NCBI GenBank assembly: GCA_963724295.1
Contig: CAVRUC010000008.1
Coordinates: 192,001 to 256,000 of the forward strand
DNA length: 64,000 bases
Reading direction: 5' to 3'
Source of the DNA: an uncultured Chloroflexia bacterium
GTDB lineage: Bacteria; Chloroflexota; Chloroflexia; Thermomicrobiales; UBA6265
Each line of letters opens with the position of its first letter. Within the stretch, counting starts at the first letter, position 1. Positions 10,680-21,700 of this stretch are shown piece by piece. A model generated the notes under the pieces. That model did not search any database and had not been told where the DNA came from. It worked only from the letters and a program-made list of their open reading frames with translations. The position numbers and the translations under genes were made by a program.

Positions 10680-11607
10680 GGCGATCGAAGGGCTCGAGGC
10701 AGCGGCCAGGACCCCAGGAAGTTCGACCGTAGCTGATGCGCCACTCACGTCAGCGCGACAGCAATCTTCCGGATTCCGCCTGCTGCGCCGGCTGCGCGGC
10801 GAGCGCAAGGCGATGGTGGGTCTGGTCATCATCGCGCTCTTGGCACTGATCGCCGTCTTCGGCCCGATGTTGGCGCCCTATCATCCTGATAACGACGATT
10901 TCGAGCTGCTGCAACCGCCCAGCCTGCAGCACCCCATGGGAACCGATTCCTTCGGGCGCGACCTCTTCAGCCGGTTGATCATTGGCACGCGGGTGTCATT
11001 CTCGGTGGGCTTCCTCGCGGCGGCGATCGCCGGCGTCGTGGGCGGACTGCTCGGCATCACCGCCGGCTATTACGGCGGTTGGGTTGATAGTCTGATCTCG
11101 CGCGCGGTCGACCTTCTCTGGGCCTTCCCGGTCATCATTCTCGCCGTCGCCCTCGTCGCCATGTTCGGCGCCGGCTTCCACAACGTCGTCATCGCCATCG
11201 CACTGGCCTACGTCGACGACTTCGCGCGGATCGTGCGCGGGGAGACGCTCGGTCTGCGGGAGCAGGACTTCACCCTGGCGGCCCGTGCCTTGGGAGCGCG
11301 CGACCGCGGGGTGATGGCCCGTCACATCGGACCAAACCTCGTGGCCCCATTGACCGTGCAACTCTCCTTTGCCGTCGGTCTCGGCATTCTCGCGGAGTCG
11401 ACGCTGACGTATCTCGGGTTGGGCGTCAACCCAACGACCCCAACCTGGGGTCTGGCGCTCAACGAGGGCCGCGATTTCATCCGTCAGGCGTGGTGGATCA
11501 GCGTCTTCCCGGGGCTGGCCATCGTCATTACCGTCATGGCCCTCAATCTGCTCGGCGACGGTCTGCGCGATGCGCTCGACGTGCGGGGGGTCAGCGATGC
11601 GGGGTGA
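10672..11607 (+). CDS. Peptide ABC transporter permease (DppC-like)
   Basis: HPMGTDSFGRD, AARALGA and GDGLRDALD. Confidence 0.93.
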   Translation: MARAIEGLEAAARTPGSSTVADAPLTSARQQSSGFRLLRRLRGERKAMVGLVIIALLALIAVFGPMLAPYHPDNDDFELLQPPSLQHPMGTDSFGRDLFSRLIIGTRVSFSVGFLAAAIAGVVGGLLGITAGYYGGWVDSLISRAVDLLWAFPVIILAVALVAMFGAGFHNVVIAIALAYVDDFARIVRGETLGLREQDFTLAARALGARDRGVMARHIGPNLVAPLTVQLSFAVGLGILAESTLTYLGLGVNPTTPTWGLALNEGRDFIRQAWWISVFPGLAIVITVMALNLLGDGLRDALDVRGVSDAG

Positions 11608-11850
11608 GTGCTCCCTGCGGTCGCGGTGAGGGCTCCCTGCGGTCGCGGTCATTGTTCGCTGCGCTCACGGTGATGGGTGAGCACTCGCTTTGCTCCTGGT
11701 GAGTACTCGCTGCGCTCGTGGTGTCAGGATGGTTACTCGCTACGCTCGTGGTGAAGGGGACCCCAGGGGACTGGGGACTGGGTGTCGGGCGAGGAGTTCT
11801 TCCTGACACCCTGTGACCCCGACACCCGTTACCCGTCACCCATCACCCAT
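11608..11850. repeat. Cluster of TCGCT(G/A)CGCTC..GGTG repeats and heptamer/octamer tracts
   Basis: Copies at 11655, 11683, 11704 and 11734, plus two CTCCCTGCGGTCGCGGT variants. Confidence 0.8.
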
Positions 11851-12101
11851 CGTCCGGTAGTCCCCAGGTCTCCGAAAGGATGCCGCCGGTGACGAGGCGG
11901 ACGCAGAGGCCGGCGTGGCAGCCGTTCGCCGGGCAGGCGGGGGTACAGAAATGGCGGCGGCCGCAGGGAAGGCAATAGGCCTTCCGGCAGCCGCCACACC
12001 AGCCGTATGGCTCAGCTAGCTCGGTCCCGCAGTCGGCGCAGAGCTGGATGCTCCGGCAATTGGTTTCCAGGGTTCAACCACGAGAACGCGGGATCGCTCA
12101 T
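11843..12101 (-). CDS. Small Cys-rich zinc-finger protein (not in ORF track; probable frameshift ~12050)
   Basis: Frame 11843-12070 reads IQLCADCGTELAEPYGWCGGCRKAYCLPCGRRHFCTPACPANGCHAGLCVRLVTGGILSETWGLPDDG*. Confidence 0.65.
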
Positions 12102-12225
12102 CTGGAGAATGGCTGAGCGACTCGGAGAGCCCACGATGTCAGGCATACACGCGCCACCAGCGGGCGGTACTGCCGGACTGGTGGTGCCACCCGCTCCTGC
12201 CCGTCTCATCCATTGCGTGCGCGCG

Positions 12226-12591
12226 CTAACTGACGAAGGCGAGGTTGTAGTCGCCGCCAGAAGCGTCGGCGATCGCCGTGCCGCCGTCGACCGCGATGCC
12301 GAGCCCAGTAGTGTTCAGGATCGTGCAGCCGGTGACGTCGGGATCTGGGCCGAACGTGTCGCCAATTCCAATTGCACAGCCGGTGTTCCCGCCGCTGTTG
12401 ATGTCTCCGACGGAGACCGCGCCGCCATTAGCGGAAGCCGTGGCGACACCGCCATTGCCCGCGGAGGCGATGTCGATGAACTCATCGCCATCACCAAAGA
12501 ACCGGTCTCGCAGGCCCTGCGCCGCCGCATCGGCGGTTGCCAGGATCCCCGCCGCAGCCCCAACTGCTGCCCCATTGATGCGATGTCTCAT
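12226..12591 (-). CDS. Small secreted Gly/Ala/Asn-rich hypothetical protein
   Basis: AAGGAG SD. Signal-like N-terminus. ASAGNGGVATASANGGAVSVGDINSGGN repeats. Confidence 0.75.
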   Translation of the reverse strand: MRHRINGAAVGAAAGILATADAAAQGLRDRFFGDGDEFIDIASAGNGGVATASANGGAVSVGDINSGGNTGCAIGIGDTFGPDPDVTGCTILNTTGLGIAVDGGTAIADASGGDYNLAFVS

Positions 12592-12901
12592 GCGTCGACT
12601 CCTTTTCCCGGCGGGACTCGCACTGTGTGCGGTCCCGGTACGTCGCTGGGGAGCCTGATGCCCCGAAACGTTCAGCAGATCGAGCGAACAGCTCGAACTG
12701 CCACAAGCCATCGCATCATCCGTGCCAGTAGACGAGTCAGTGAGTCGGCAAGTCGGTAAGTCGGTAAGTCGAGAGGATACGGCCAACGGTGGGTGTCGGA
12801 GGTTACAGGGTGCCCGGGGGCAGGGAGCACGACCTCTCACCTCCCGACACTCCCACCCGCCACCAGAGCGGAGCGAGTAATACCCGATACCGATCACCCC
12901 A

Positions 12902-14190
12902 TCACCCATCACCGTGAGCGCAGCGAACACTCACCCTCGATCGTCCAACGGGCTGAACACGCGTCTCGCGGACCAGTCTGGCCAGGGTGAAGACCGCCAG
13001 CCAGCCCGCGATGGAGAGCACCCAGGCGCCACCAGAGAGCCCGACCGCGGCGGCCACGGTCCAACCAGCAGCGGCCCTGTCACCGCCCCCACGTCACCGA
13101 TCAACCGCCAGACACCGAGGAACTCGCCGGTGGCCCCCGGCGGCGCGAGGTCGGCCCCCAGCGTCATCATCAGACCGGAACCCAGCCCGTTACCCAACCC
13201 GATCAGCATGGCCACCAGCAGCAGGGTCAGGAAGTCGTGAGTGAACGGGATCAACCCGATACCGAGGGCCATCAGCGCGAAGCTCGGCACGGCGGCGACC
13301 TTGCGTCCAAAACGGTCCATTAGCATCCCGGCCGGGATGAACATGGAGACGTCGAGGATTGCACCCGCGGTGACGATCGTGCCGACCTGCGCCGCGTCGA
13401 GTCCGAGCTGTTCCGATCCCCAGAGCGGGATGATCAGGAAGCGCCCGGCGCGGATCATCTGACCGAGCGTCTGCGCGGTCGCCGCCGCCGACAGGTCGCG
13501 CGCGTTGCGGCGCACACCGGCCCCTACCAGACGCCAGCGGTGCGATGCTCGCAATGCCGACGCACCCCTCACCAACGGTTTGAGGAGGACCGCCGACATG
13601 GCCAGAGCCAGACCGGCAAGTGCCGCCGAGAGCCCGAACGTCGCCTGGATCCCCGCCTGATCGGCGAGCACACCGCCGATGGCCGGCCCAGCGAAGACAC
13701 CGAGGCGGTTGATGCCGCCGAACATGGAGAGTGCTTGCCCTCGTTGCGCGGGTGCTATCGCCTCGGCGATGTAGGCATGTCGCGACAGCGCCCAGACCGC
13801 GGCGCCGATACCGGCCAGGAACCGCAGCAGCACGAGCCTCGGAAACTGCTCGCTCCAGACGAGACTGAGGGTACTCACCGCAACGAGCCCGGAGCCGAGG
13901 ATCATCGCGGGTCGCAACCCGACCCGCCCCAGGACCGCGCCAGCGGGGACATCGGTCAGCAGCGTGCCGATGGCGGCGGCGCTCGAGGCAAATCCGACCA
14001 GACCGTAGCCAACGCCAAAGCCCGCGGCGTAGAGCGGCAAGATAGCGATCAGCAGCCCCTCGGCGAACGCCAGGAGCAGCGTCGGCACGTAGACGGCGAC
14101 GAGGAGCGGCGAGCGATAGGCAGGGACAGGACGATCCGCCAGGAGTTCTCTCCGGTGGGTGAGTTGGCTATCAGCTATCGACCGCCAGAG
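12902..14190 (-). CDS. MFS transporter; frameshift ~13059, start uncertain
   Basis: Multi-TM pattern with MDRFGRK. The shifted C-terminus ends LARLVRETR. Confidence 0.85.
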
Positions 14191-14717
14191 TCAGGGAGCG
14201 GCCAGGAGCCAATGGTCTGCTTCATCCTCGGCAGAAGCGTACACCGGTCGCATTGGCCGGCGGGAAAGACGCTTTGATCGCCTTTCATGCACAATGAAAG
14301 CGGTTCGTGCAAACCGCTTCACGGGGAATTGGGCAGCGGTGGGCGCAGCAGGTGTGGCGATTTCGCGGCCACGGCGTTCTCTTGTGGAAAGACTCATGCA
14401 AAACTCCCCTGGTTGAAGATCTAATCTGGTGGGCAGCTCTTCCGCCCCGGGATCGTCAGTCCCACCCTTGCGGGCCGGGTGGGAGCACCACTGTGGTGAG
14501 TGCGAGCCCGCGACCGTGGCGGGCTCGTTCGCGGGCTGGCGGAATCTCCTCGACCCCCGTCGGCGCAGGTTCATGTCCGAGAGGGTGGCCCGTCGCCGCA
14601 CTGTTCGCGAATTGACAACACCGTTGTTCCTGCCTTGACTGCTGCCGGGTGAGAGCGGACCTACCGTGGAACCGAGCAAGGAGGACCTTGCCGCGGCAAT
14701 GCGAGTGGAGGACCGAG

Positions 14718-15326
14718 ATGACCCAAGCAACGACACGATCGCCGATTACCCGACAATGGACAGCTGGACCAAGGGGCGACGAACGCGCGGGGCTCCCGAT
14801 GGCGTCTCGGCGCGGGTCCCGGAGAGGGGAGGCACTGCGATGGCTTGGCGCCCTTGCGGTCACGCTTGCTCTCGCCGTGCTGGTGGCCGAGCCTGCTGCT
14901 GCCGCCAAGGATACGGAGATGCAAGCCAACTCCCAGAGTGCAGCCGATGTCTGCACCTTCACCGGTGGGACGGCCATCATGGACTATGACTACAACGTCG
15001 ATGGTTCGGTCAGCTCCATCCAGACGACGTGCGACGGTGGACAGGCGGATGGGCAGGTCTGCACCGCCACACCTTCCTCATTTGAGTGCACGTTTCCGTT
15101 CACCCAACCGCCCAAGACCCCCGTCCAGTCCACCAGACCCGGCGCGGGTGTGGTTGGGGGCGTCGTCGATACCCCCGGCCAGGTCGCACCCGCGTTGGGG
15201 GCGGCCGGAGCAAACCAACGTGCGGTGAAGGCCCATGAGAACGAACCGTCCAAGGCCGAGGCCAAGCATGCCAAAGACAAGGGAAAGAACAAGAGCAAGC
15301 ACGGCGGCAAGGGGCGCAAGAAGTAG
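14718..15326 (+). CDS. Secreted hypothetical protein with four Cys and a Lys-rich tail
   Basis: GGAGG SD. Hydrophobic signal ending AAAA-K. C-terminal KDKGKNKSKHGGKGRKK. Confidence 0.65.
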   Translation: MTQATTRSPITRQWTAGPRGDERAGLPMASRRGSRRGEALRWLGALAVTLALAVLVAEPAAAAKDTEMQANSQSAADVCTFTGGTAIMDYDYNVDGSVSSIQTTCDGGQADGQVCTATPSSFECTFPFTQPPKTPVQSTRPGAGVVGGVVDTPGQVAPALGAAGANQRAVKAHENEPSKAEAKHAKDKGKNKSKHGGKGRKK

Positions 15327-15547
15327 GTCCTCGGGTCGTGGCTCGCCGTCGCTCTGGCGGCCGGCGCCGACGGTCGCCGGCGGGATCCCCATTCGGGGAT
15401 CCCGCCACCTTATGTGGCGGTCGATGCCAGTGGTATACTCCTGCCGCGCCGCGTCAGCGGCGTATTTTTGTCGTGCCAGAAACCAGCGCCAAGTGTCAGA
15501 CGCGTCATTTCGGCACTGACTAGCTGATCGCCCTCCTGAGGACCCCC

Positions 15548-16510
15548 GTGATCCTGAAGTTCTTCCGCCGCAAGAGTGAGCCCGACGCACAGCTGGAGCA
15601 GGGGCTCGAGAAGACCCGGCGCGGTGTCTTCCTGGAGATCACCCGGCTCTTCGAGCGCGGCGCCCTCGACGACGATCTCTACGAGGAGCTGGAGATGCTC
15701 CTCATCCAGGCCGACGTCGGTTGGGACGTCAGCCAGAAGCTCGTCAGCGACTTGCAGGCGCGGGTCCGCCAGGACGGGATCAGCGATCCCCTCCTCGCTC
15801 GCGAGATCCTGCGCGAGGAGATGATCTCCCTGCTGGAGAGCGCCAGCCGCAACCGCCGGGTCAAGATCCTGCAACGTGGCGTTCCCTTCGTGATCATGGT
15901 CGTCGGCGTCAACGGGGTCGGCAAGACGACCTCGATCGCCAAGCTCGCCGCCTATCACCAGGGGTTCGGCCGCAACGTCCTCATCGCCGCCGGCGACACC
16001 TTCCGTGCCGCGGCGATCGACCAGCTGAAAGTCTGGGGCGAGCGGGTCGGGGCGCCTGTCATCGCTCACGAGCAGGGGTCGGACCCCGGCGCCATCGTCT
16101 TCGATGCCATGCAGGCGGCCCACGCGCGGGGCGTCGACGTGCTGATCGTCGACACCGCCGGGCGGCTGCACACCAAGCACAACCTGATGGCGGAGCTGAC
16201 CAAGTTGCGCCGCATCATGCAGAAGACGGTGCCCGAGGCGCCGCAGGAGACGATCCTGGTCATCGACGCCACGACAGGTCAGAACGGACTGGTGCAGGCC
16301 AAGGAGTTCGCCGGGGCCGTCGACATCTCCGACATCCTCATCGCCAAACTGGACGGCACGGCCAAAGGCGGCATCGCCTTCTCCGTCGCCAAAGAGCTGG
16401 GGACGCCCATTTCCTACGTCGGTACCGGCGAGAAGGCAACCGACCTCGCCGAGTTCCGCCCCGATACCTATGTCGACTCACTCTTCTTCGGTGAGGGCGA
16501 GGGGTTCTGA
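15548..16510 (+). CDS. ftsY: Signal recognition particle receptor FtsY
   Basis: GVNGVGKTTSIAKLA, DTFRAAA, DTAGR and KLDGTAKGG. Confidence 0.97.
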   Translation: MILKFFRRKSEPDAQLEQGLEKTRRGVFLEITRLFERGALDDDLYEELEMLLIQADVGWDVSQKLVSDLQARVRQDGISDPLLAREILREEMISLLESASRNRRVKILQRGVPFVIMVVGVNGVGKTTSIAKLAAYHQGFGRNVLIAAGDTFRAAAIDQLKVWGERVGAPVIAHEQGSDPGAIVFDAMQAAHARGVDVLIVDTAGRLHTKHNLMAELTKLRRIMQKTVPEAPQETILVIDATTGQNGLVQAKEFAGAVDISDILIAKLDGTAKGGIAFSVAKELGTPISYVGTGEKATDLAEFRPDTYVDSLFFGEGEGF

Positions 16511-16559
16511 AGCGCGAAGGGTTGGGTCTCAACCTGTTCAGCACATCGCCTTCGACCCG

Positions 16560-17481
16560 CTAGGGCACCGGTGTGCCGGTCGTGCCTGGCGTGACTGCCG
16601 GGGTGGCCCAGGTGTCTGGATCGCGCACGGCCTCGACTACCTGCCGAATCGCCTCGACCACCAGCTCCGGTCGGTCGAGCTGCAGAAAGTGGTCGCCTTC
16701 CGGAATCGAGACCAATCGCGCATCGAGCACCCGAGCCTGCTCCCGCTGCAGCTCCGCCCAGAGATTCTCGAAGGCAAGATCCGGTGGGGTGCCGGGGCCG
16801 CCGTGGAATCCAGCGGCGAGCACGATGGCCGGCACTGGCGCCGGCGGGTGAGCCATCACCCAGACCCCACTGGCAATGATGTCCAGATGTTCGGGGTCCT
16901 GCGGGTGGAGCCCGCGCATGATGGTGAAGGTCTCTTGCCGCTCCGCTGGCGGCTGCAGCGCCAGCCCAGATGCCAGCAGATCAGGCGGCATGCCATCAAC
17001 GAGCACCAGCCCGGCCACCTCGTCCGGGTACTGGCTGGCATAGAGCCGCACGATCAGACCGCCGAACGAGTGACCGACAAGGACGTAAGGTCCGGAGACA
17101 CCTGCCGTATCGAGCAGCGCGTGAAGATCGCCGACGCTGTCCTGGACGGTCCGCACACCAGCCGGGGCGGGATCGCTCTGGCCAAGTCCAGCACGGTCAT
17201 AGCTGCAGACGCGTGTGGAGCGGGCTATCTCGGGCTGCACTCCCGCCCAGGTGTCAGCGCTGTTCCCGCCACCCGCCTCGAGCACGACGGTGGGCGCGCC
17301 CGTGCCTATACAGGTGATGAAGAGGGCACGGCCGCCGAAGTCGACCAGGATTCCCGAGGGCGACGGTGTCGCCAGCGCCTCCGTCGAGGCTTCGTCTCCA
17401 GCGATAACGCCCATGGGGAGAGCAAGGGCCAGAGCAACGCCAAGCAGGAGCCCAACGCGCCACGGAATGGTGACGATGCAT
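16560..17481 (-). CDS. Secreted alpha/beta hydrolase; frameshift in signal peptide ~17460
   Basis: GHSFG nucleophile motif, RVCSYDRAG and GDHFL. The hydrophobic signal is in frame upstream of 17414 but the SD-led ATG 17481 is out of frame. Confidence 0.85.
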
Positions 17482-17525
17482 GAACGCCTCCCCGCGAATC
17501 TGTGCGAATCTGTTGAACGACTACG

Positions 17526-19926
17526 CTATGGCGCCGTCTCCGATGCCGCTTGTACGGCCTGCGCGAAGATGGCGTTGACGGTGTCGTCCTCGAGGTTCGC
17601 ATTCGTCAACAGCACGACGGTGGCTCCCGCGGGTAGACGGTACATGCGGGCGACGAACCCGGGGCCGCTCCCGTTCATGCCGATCAGCCCGCCCATCGGC
17701 GTCTGCACCCTCGCCACCCCCATTCCCCATTCGCGGCCCTGCTCGTCAGCCGGGAGGAAGGTGAGCATCGCCTCGAGCGACGCCGGTTCGAGCAGGTCAC
17801 CGCCGAAGAGGGCATTGGCGAACCGCGCCAGATCTCTGGTCGTCGACACCATGCCGCCCTGGGTCCACGCCCACGACAGGTTGATCCCGCTCACGTTGAT
17901 CAGCCCGTCCCCGAGGTGGTGGTACCCCTCGACAGCCCCGCCCGGTACCGGCTCGGCCGCGGCAAAGAAGGTGTCAGCCAGGTCGAGGGGGTCCAGAATC
18001 CTGGTGTGCAGCTGGTCGGTGAAGCTTTGGCCACTCGCCTCCTCAACGATCAGGCCGAGCAGAGATGTAACCGGTGTCCGAGTAGTTCATCCCTTGGCCC
18101 GGGTCGAACTCGGCGGCGTGGCGTGTGCCGTCCACGTAGGTGAGCACCTCCTGCACCGTCCACACTTTCGACCAGTCGGCACCTTCCCCGGTGATCGCGT
18201 CGTCCACGAAGGGGCTGTCCGTCCCGTTGTAGTAGTCGTAGACGCCACTCGTGTGGGTCAGCAGCTGCCGGATCGTGATCCGATCGACGTTGGGGATCCG
18301 AGCGACCACCGGGTCATCGAGCCACTGGCTGACGGTGTCGTCGAGCGTGAGGACGCCGTCATCGACCAGTTGCAGCACGAGCACCGCCGTGAACGTTTTG
18401 GTGATGCTGTAGATACGGAACCGGTCTCCCTGCGCCAGTGGGGTCTGTGTCTCGCTGTTCGCGAGCCCGGCAACTCCGTCAAACAGAACCTCGCCATGCT
18501 GATCGACCGAGAGGGCGACGCCGGTCAATCCCTGCTCGACACTGGACTCAAGCAGCGCAGCAAGGCTGGTACCCGGCCCTGATGACGAGATTGGTGTACC
18601 GGGGGCGTCCGCAGCCCGCGTCTCCGGATTGCGTGCGGCATCCACCACGTCTCGTATCGCCTCGACCACCAGCCCGGGCTCGCTCTGGTGGACGTAGTGC
18701 CCACTCTGCTCCGCGATAACCTGCCGGCTATCCGGCACCAACCCCACCAGATCGGTTTGCAGCTCGCGATGCAGCTGCGGCATGAGCTCGACCGGCCAAC
18801 CAGGCGGGAAAAACGTCGGGATTAGTGAGGGGTCCTCGACTGCCCCCGCCGTCACCACAACCAGCGGCATCGGTCGCAGCGGCGCGGCCACCCGTGCCTC
18901 CCGCACCTGGGCAAAGCCGGCGGTGATATCTATGCCCTCGAAGTTGAGGGTCTGCTGTACCGCCTCCTGGTAGGCCTGCCATAGCTCGGGGGTGACCCTC
19001 GCTTCCAACCGGGCGTCTTGCTCCTCATGCGAGGCGTCGACCAGCACCAGCCCCACGACCTCGTCGGGGTAGATGCTGGCGTACAACCGGGCATTGATCC
19101 CGCCGATGGAGTGGCCAACCAGCACGTAAGGGCCGGGCACCTGTGCCGCGGTGAGCAGGGCATGTAAGTCGTCAACCGCGTCCCGCGCGGTGCGTGGTGT
19201 CGGAGCGGGATCACTCGCCCCGCCAGCCGTGTTGGCGCGGTCGTAGGAGCACACCCGGGAGAATGGAGCGACGGCGCTCTCGACGGCAAACCAGGGAGCC
19301 GCCGGGTCATTGGCGCCCGATTCCAGCACCACCGTCGGACTGCCCGTACCAACACAGGAAAGGTAGATCTTGCGTCCGTTCACCTCGAAGAGACCGTCAA
19401 CACGCCCCATCGCGTTCGTCCGGGTCTCACCCTCTGCCAAGGGGAGTTCATCCGGCGCGACAGTCGGCAGGGACACACCCGGCGGCGGGGGGACAGGAGC
19501 GAAGGTGATCCCCGTGATGCGGTGCGGACTCGCCGTCTCGACTGACAGTGGGACGACCAGCGGTGAACCGGAGCGACCGATCAAGAGCGCATTGACCTGG
19601 TTAGCCGTTGGCGCTCGTGTGAGGCCCTCGAACGTGAACGGAGCATCAGCGGCAAGCTGCTGTATGAGGCCGATCACGAGCTCGGGCGGAGCCTGGGCGA
19701 GGACTGAGGGGGCAATGTGCGCGGTGATCTCGTCCGGAGTCAGCGACGCGCCTCCGTCGTTGAGGACGGTGAGCACCCAGCCCAGTGCCTCGCCGACCGG
19801 GGTGGCAGGAATCTCCGCGGCGATTGCAGGCGTACCGGTTTCCGGGGCTTGACCGACCGCGGGAGTACCGGTGGCAAGCTCCGCGACCATCATCACAGTG
19901 ATCAAGAGGACGGCGATCCGGCGCAT
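17526..19926 (-). CDS. Secreted fusion: N-terminal domain + alpha/beta hydrolase + beta-lactamase-family serine hydrolase; frameshift ~18064
   Basis: GHSIG and GHYVH, then SITK, LLTHTSG and YSDTGY. The shifted frame continues LGLIVEEASG...GGMVST. Confidence 0.85.
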
Positions 19927-20196
19927 GGCGCGCTCCTTGGCACGTGCCAGCGCGTTCGCAGCCTGGCACTCGGAAAGCTCCGCTCAGGCCGGGTGCGCGG
20001 GGTCCGGCATCACGGCACGAGCGACCAGGAGGCACGGATGCGCCGGATGCGTAGCTGTCTGAGGTAATCCCACCATAACACACGCCAGGAGCCTCGTCCT
20101 TCGTACTGTCCCGCGCTCGCCTAAACTAGTAGCGTTCATCTTTCCAACATCACTCAATGGCGCTCTCACCTGCAAGTGCACGTAGCAAGGATCGAC

Positions 20197-21538
20197 ATGT
20201 TTGAAACACTGACCGATCGACTCAACGAAACATTTGCCCGGCTGGGGCGCAAGGGGCGACTGACCGAGCAAGACGTCGACGACGCTATGCGCGAGGTGCG
20301 GCGTGCGCTGCTCGAGGCCGACGTCAACTTCAAGGTCGCCAAGGACTTCGTCGCCGCCGTGCGCGAACGCGCTGTCGGAACAGGATGTCCTGCACTCGCT
20401 CACCCCGGCGCAGACGGTCATCGGTATCGCGAACGAGGAGCTGATCCGCGTCCTGGGCGAGGATGGCCAGGGGCTGATCTCGCCCGACCGGCCACCGCAG
20501 ATCCTGATGCTGGTCGGGCTCCAGGGAAGCGGCAAGACGACCCATGCGGCTAAGCTCGCCGTCCACCTGCGCAAGCAGGGGCGCAATCCCCTGCTCGTGG
20601 CCGCCGACGTCTACCGCCCGGCCGCGATCAACCAGCTGCAGGCGCTTGGCAAGCAGATCAGCATCCCCGTCTACGAGGAGGGGACCGGCGGCAATCCGGT
20701 CGATATCGCCGCCAACGCGTCGCAGTTCGCCCGCGAGCGTGGCTACAACCCGATCATCATCGACACCGCCGGCCGCTTGCAGATCGACGATCGTCTCATG
20801 CAAGAGCTGGTCGACATTCGGGACCGGGTGCGACCGACCGAGATCTTGCTGGTTGCCGACGCCATGACCGGGCAGGAAGCGGTTAGCGTCGCGCAGACGT
20901 TCAACGAGCGGGTCGGGGCCAGCGGGCTGATCCTGACCAAGATGGACGGTGATGCCCGCGGCGGCGCGGCACTTTCGATCCGCGCCGTAACCGGCGTGCC
21001 GATCAAGTTCATCGGCACAGGGGAGAAGCTCGATGCCCTGGAGCCGTTCCATGCCAACCGCCTGGCCGGGCGCATCCTGGGCATGGGCGACATCCTCTCC
21101 CTCATCGAGCGCGCCCAGGAAACGACGACCGAAGAGGATGCGGTCGAGCTACAGGAGCGGATGCTCAAGGGTCAGTTCAATCTGGAGGACTTCCTGGAGC
21201 AGCTGCAAAAAGTCAAGCAGATGGGGCCGCTCAGCCAGCTCCTGGAGATGATCCCCGGTCTGGGCGCGCAGATGCGACAGGCGAAAGCGCAGATCTCCGA
21301 CGACGACTACAAGCGGGTCGAGGCGATCATCTACTCCATGACCCCGGACGAGCGCCGCAATCCCGACGTGATCGGACGGCGACGAACGGCGCGCATTGCC
21401 AAAGGGAGCGGCACCTCCATCCAGGAAGTGAAACAGCTTATCAAGCAGTTTGAAGAGATGCAGAGGATGATGTCACAGATGGGCCGCATGGCGAAGAAGG
21501 GCAAGATGCCGCCCGGCTTGCCCTTCTCAATGGGTTAG
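20197..21538 (+). CDS. ffh: Signal recognition particle protein Ffh; frameshift ~20380
   Basis: MFETLTDRL...LLEADVN, then [24 protein letters not shown] and the Met-rich M domain. Confidence 0.96.
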
Positions 21539-21539
21539 G

Positions 21540-21700
21540 CGGGGTGATGGGTGATAGGGTGATTACTCGCTGCGCTCGTGGTGATGGGGCGGTGGTTCGC
21601 TGCGCTCACGGTGGCAGGGTGGCGGGCAGCGTTCGTCCTGCCACCCTGCTACCTCGCGACCCCGCCACCCATCACCCTATCACCCCATCACCCCATCACG
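21540..21700. repeat. Composite repeat/hairpin between convergent ffh and MTase genes
   Basis: GGGTGAT tracts, TACTCGCTGCGCTCGTGGTG (21564), TTCGCTGCGCTCACGGTG (21596) and complementary ATCACCC tracts. Confidence 0.8.

Noticed and set aside
11608..11790. Possible CRISPR array
   Set aside because: The repeats are ~20 nt and degenerate with ~10-nt spacers. The same motif is dispersed elsewhere and there are no cas genes.
19927..20196. SRP (4.5S) RNA near ftsY/ffh
   Set aside because: I could not find the conserved domain IV helix with its GNRA loop and flanking CAGG/AGCA motifs.
20360..20400. Programmed frameshift or pseudogenisation of ffh
   Set aside because: There is no slippery heptamer, the gene is essential, and similar indels occur throughout the window.
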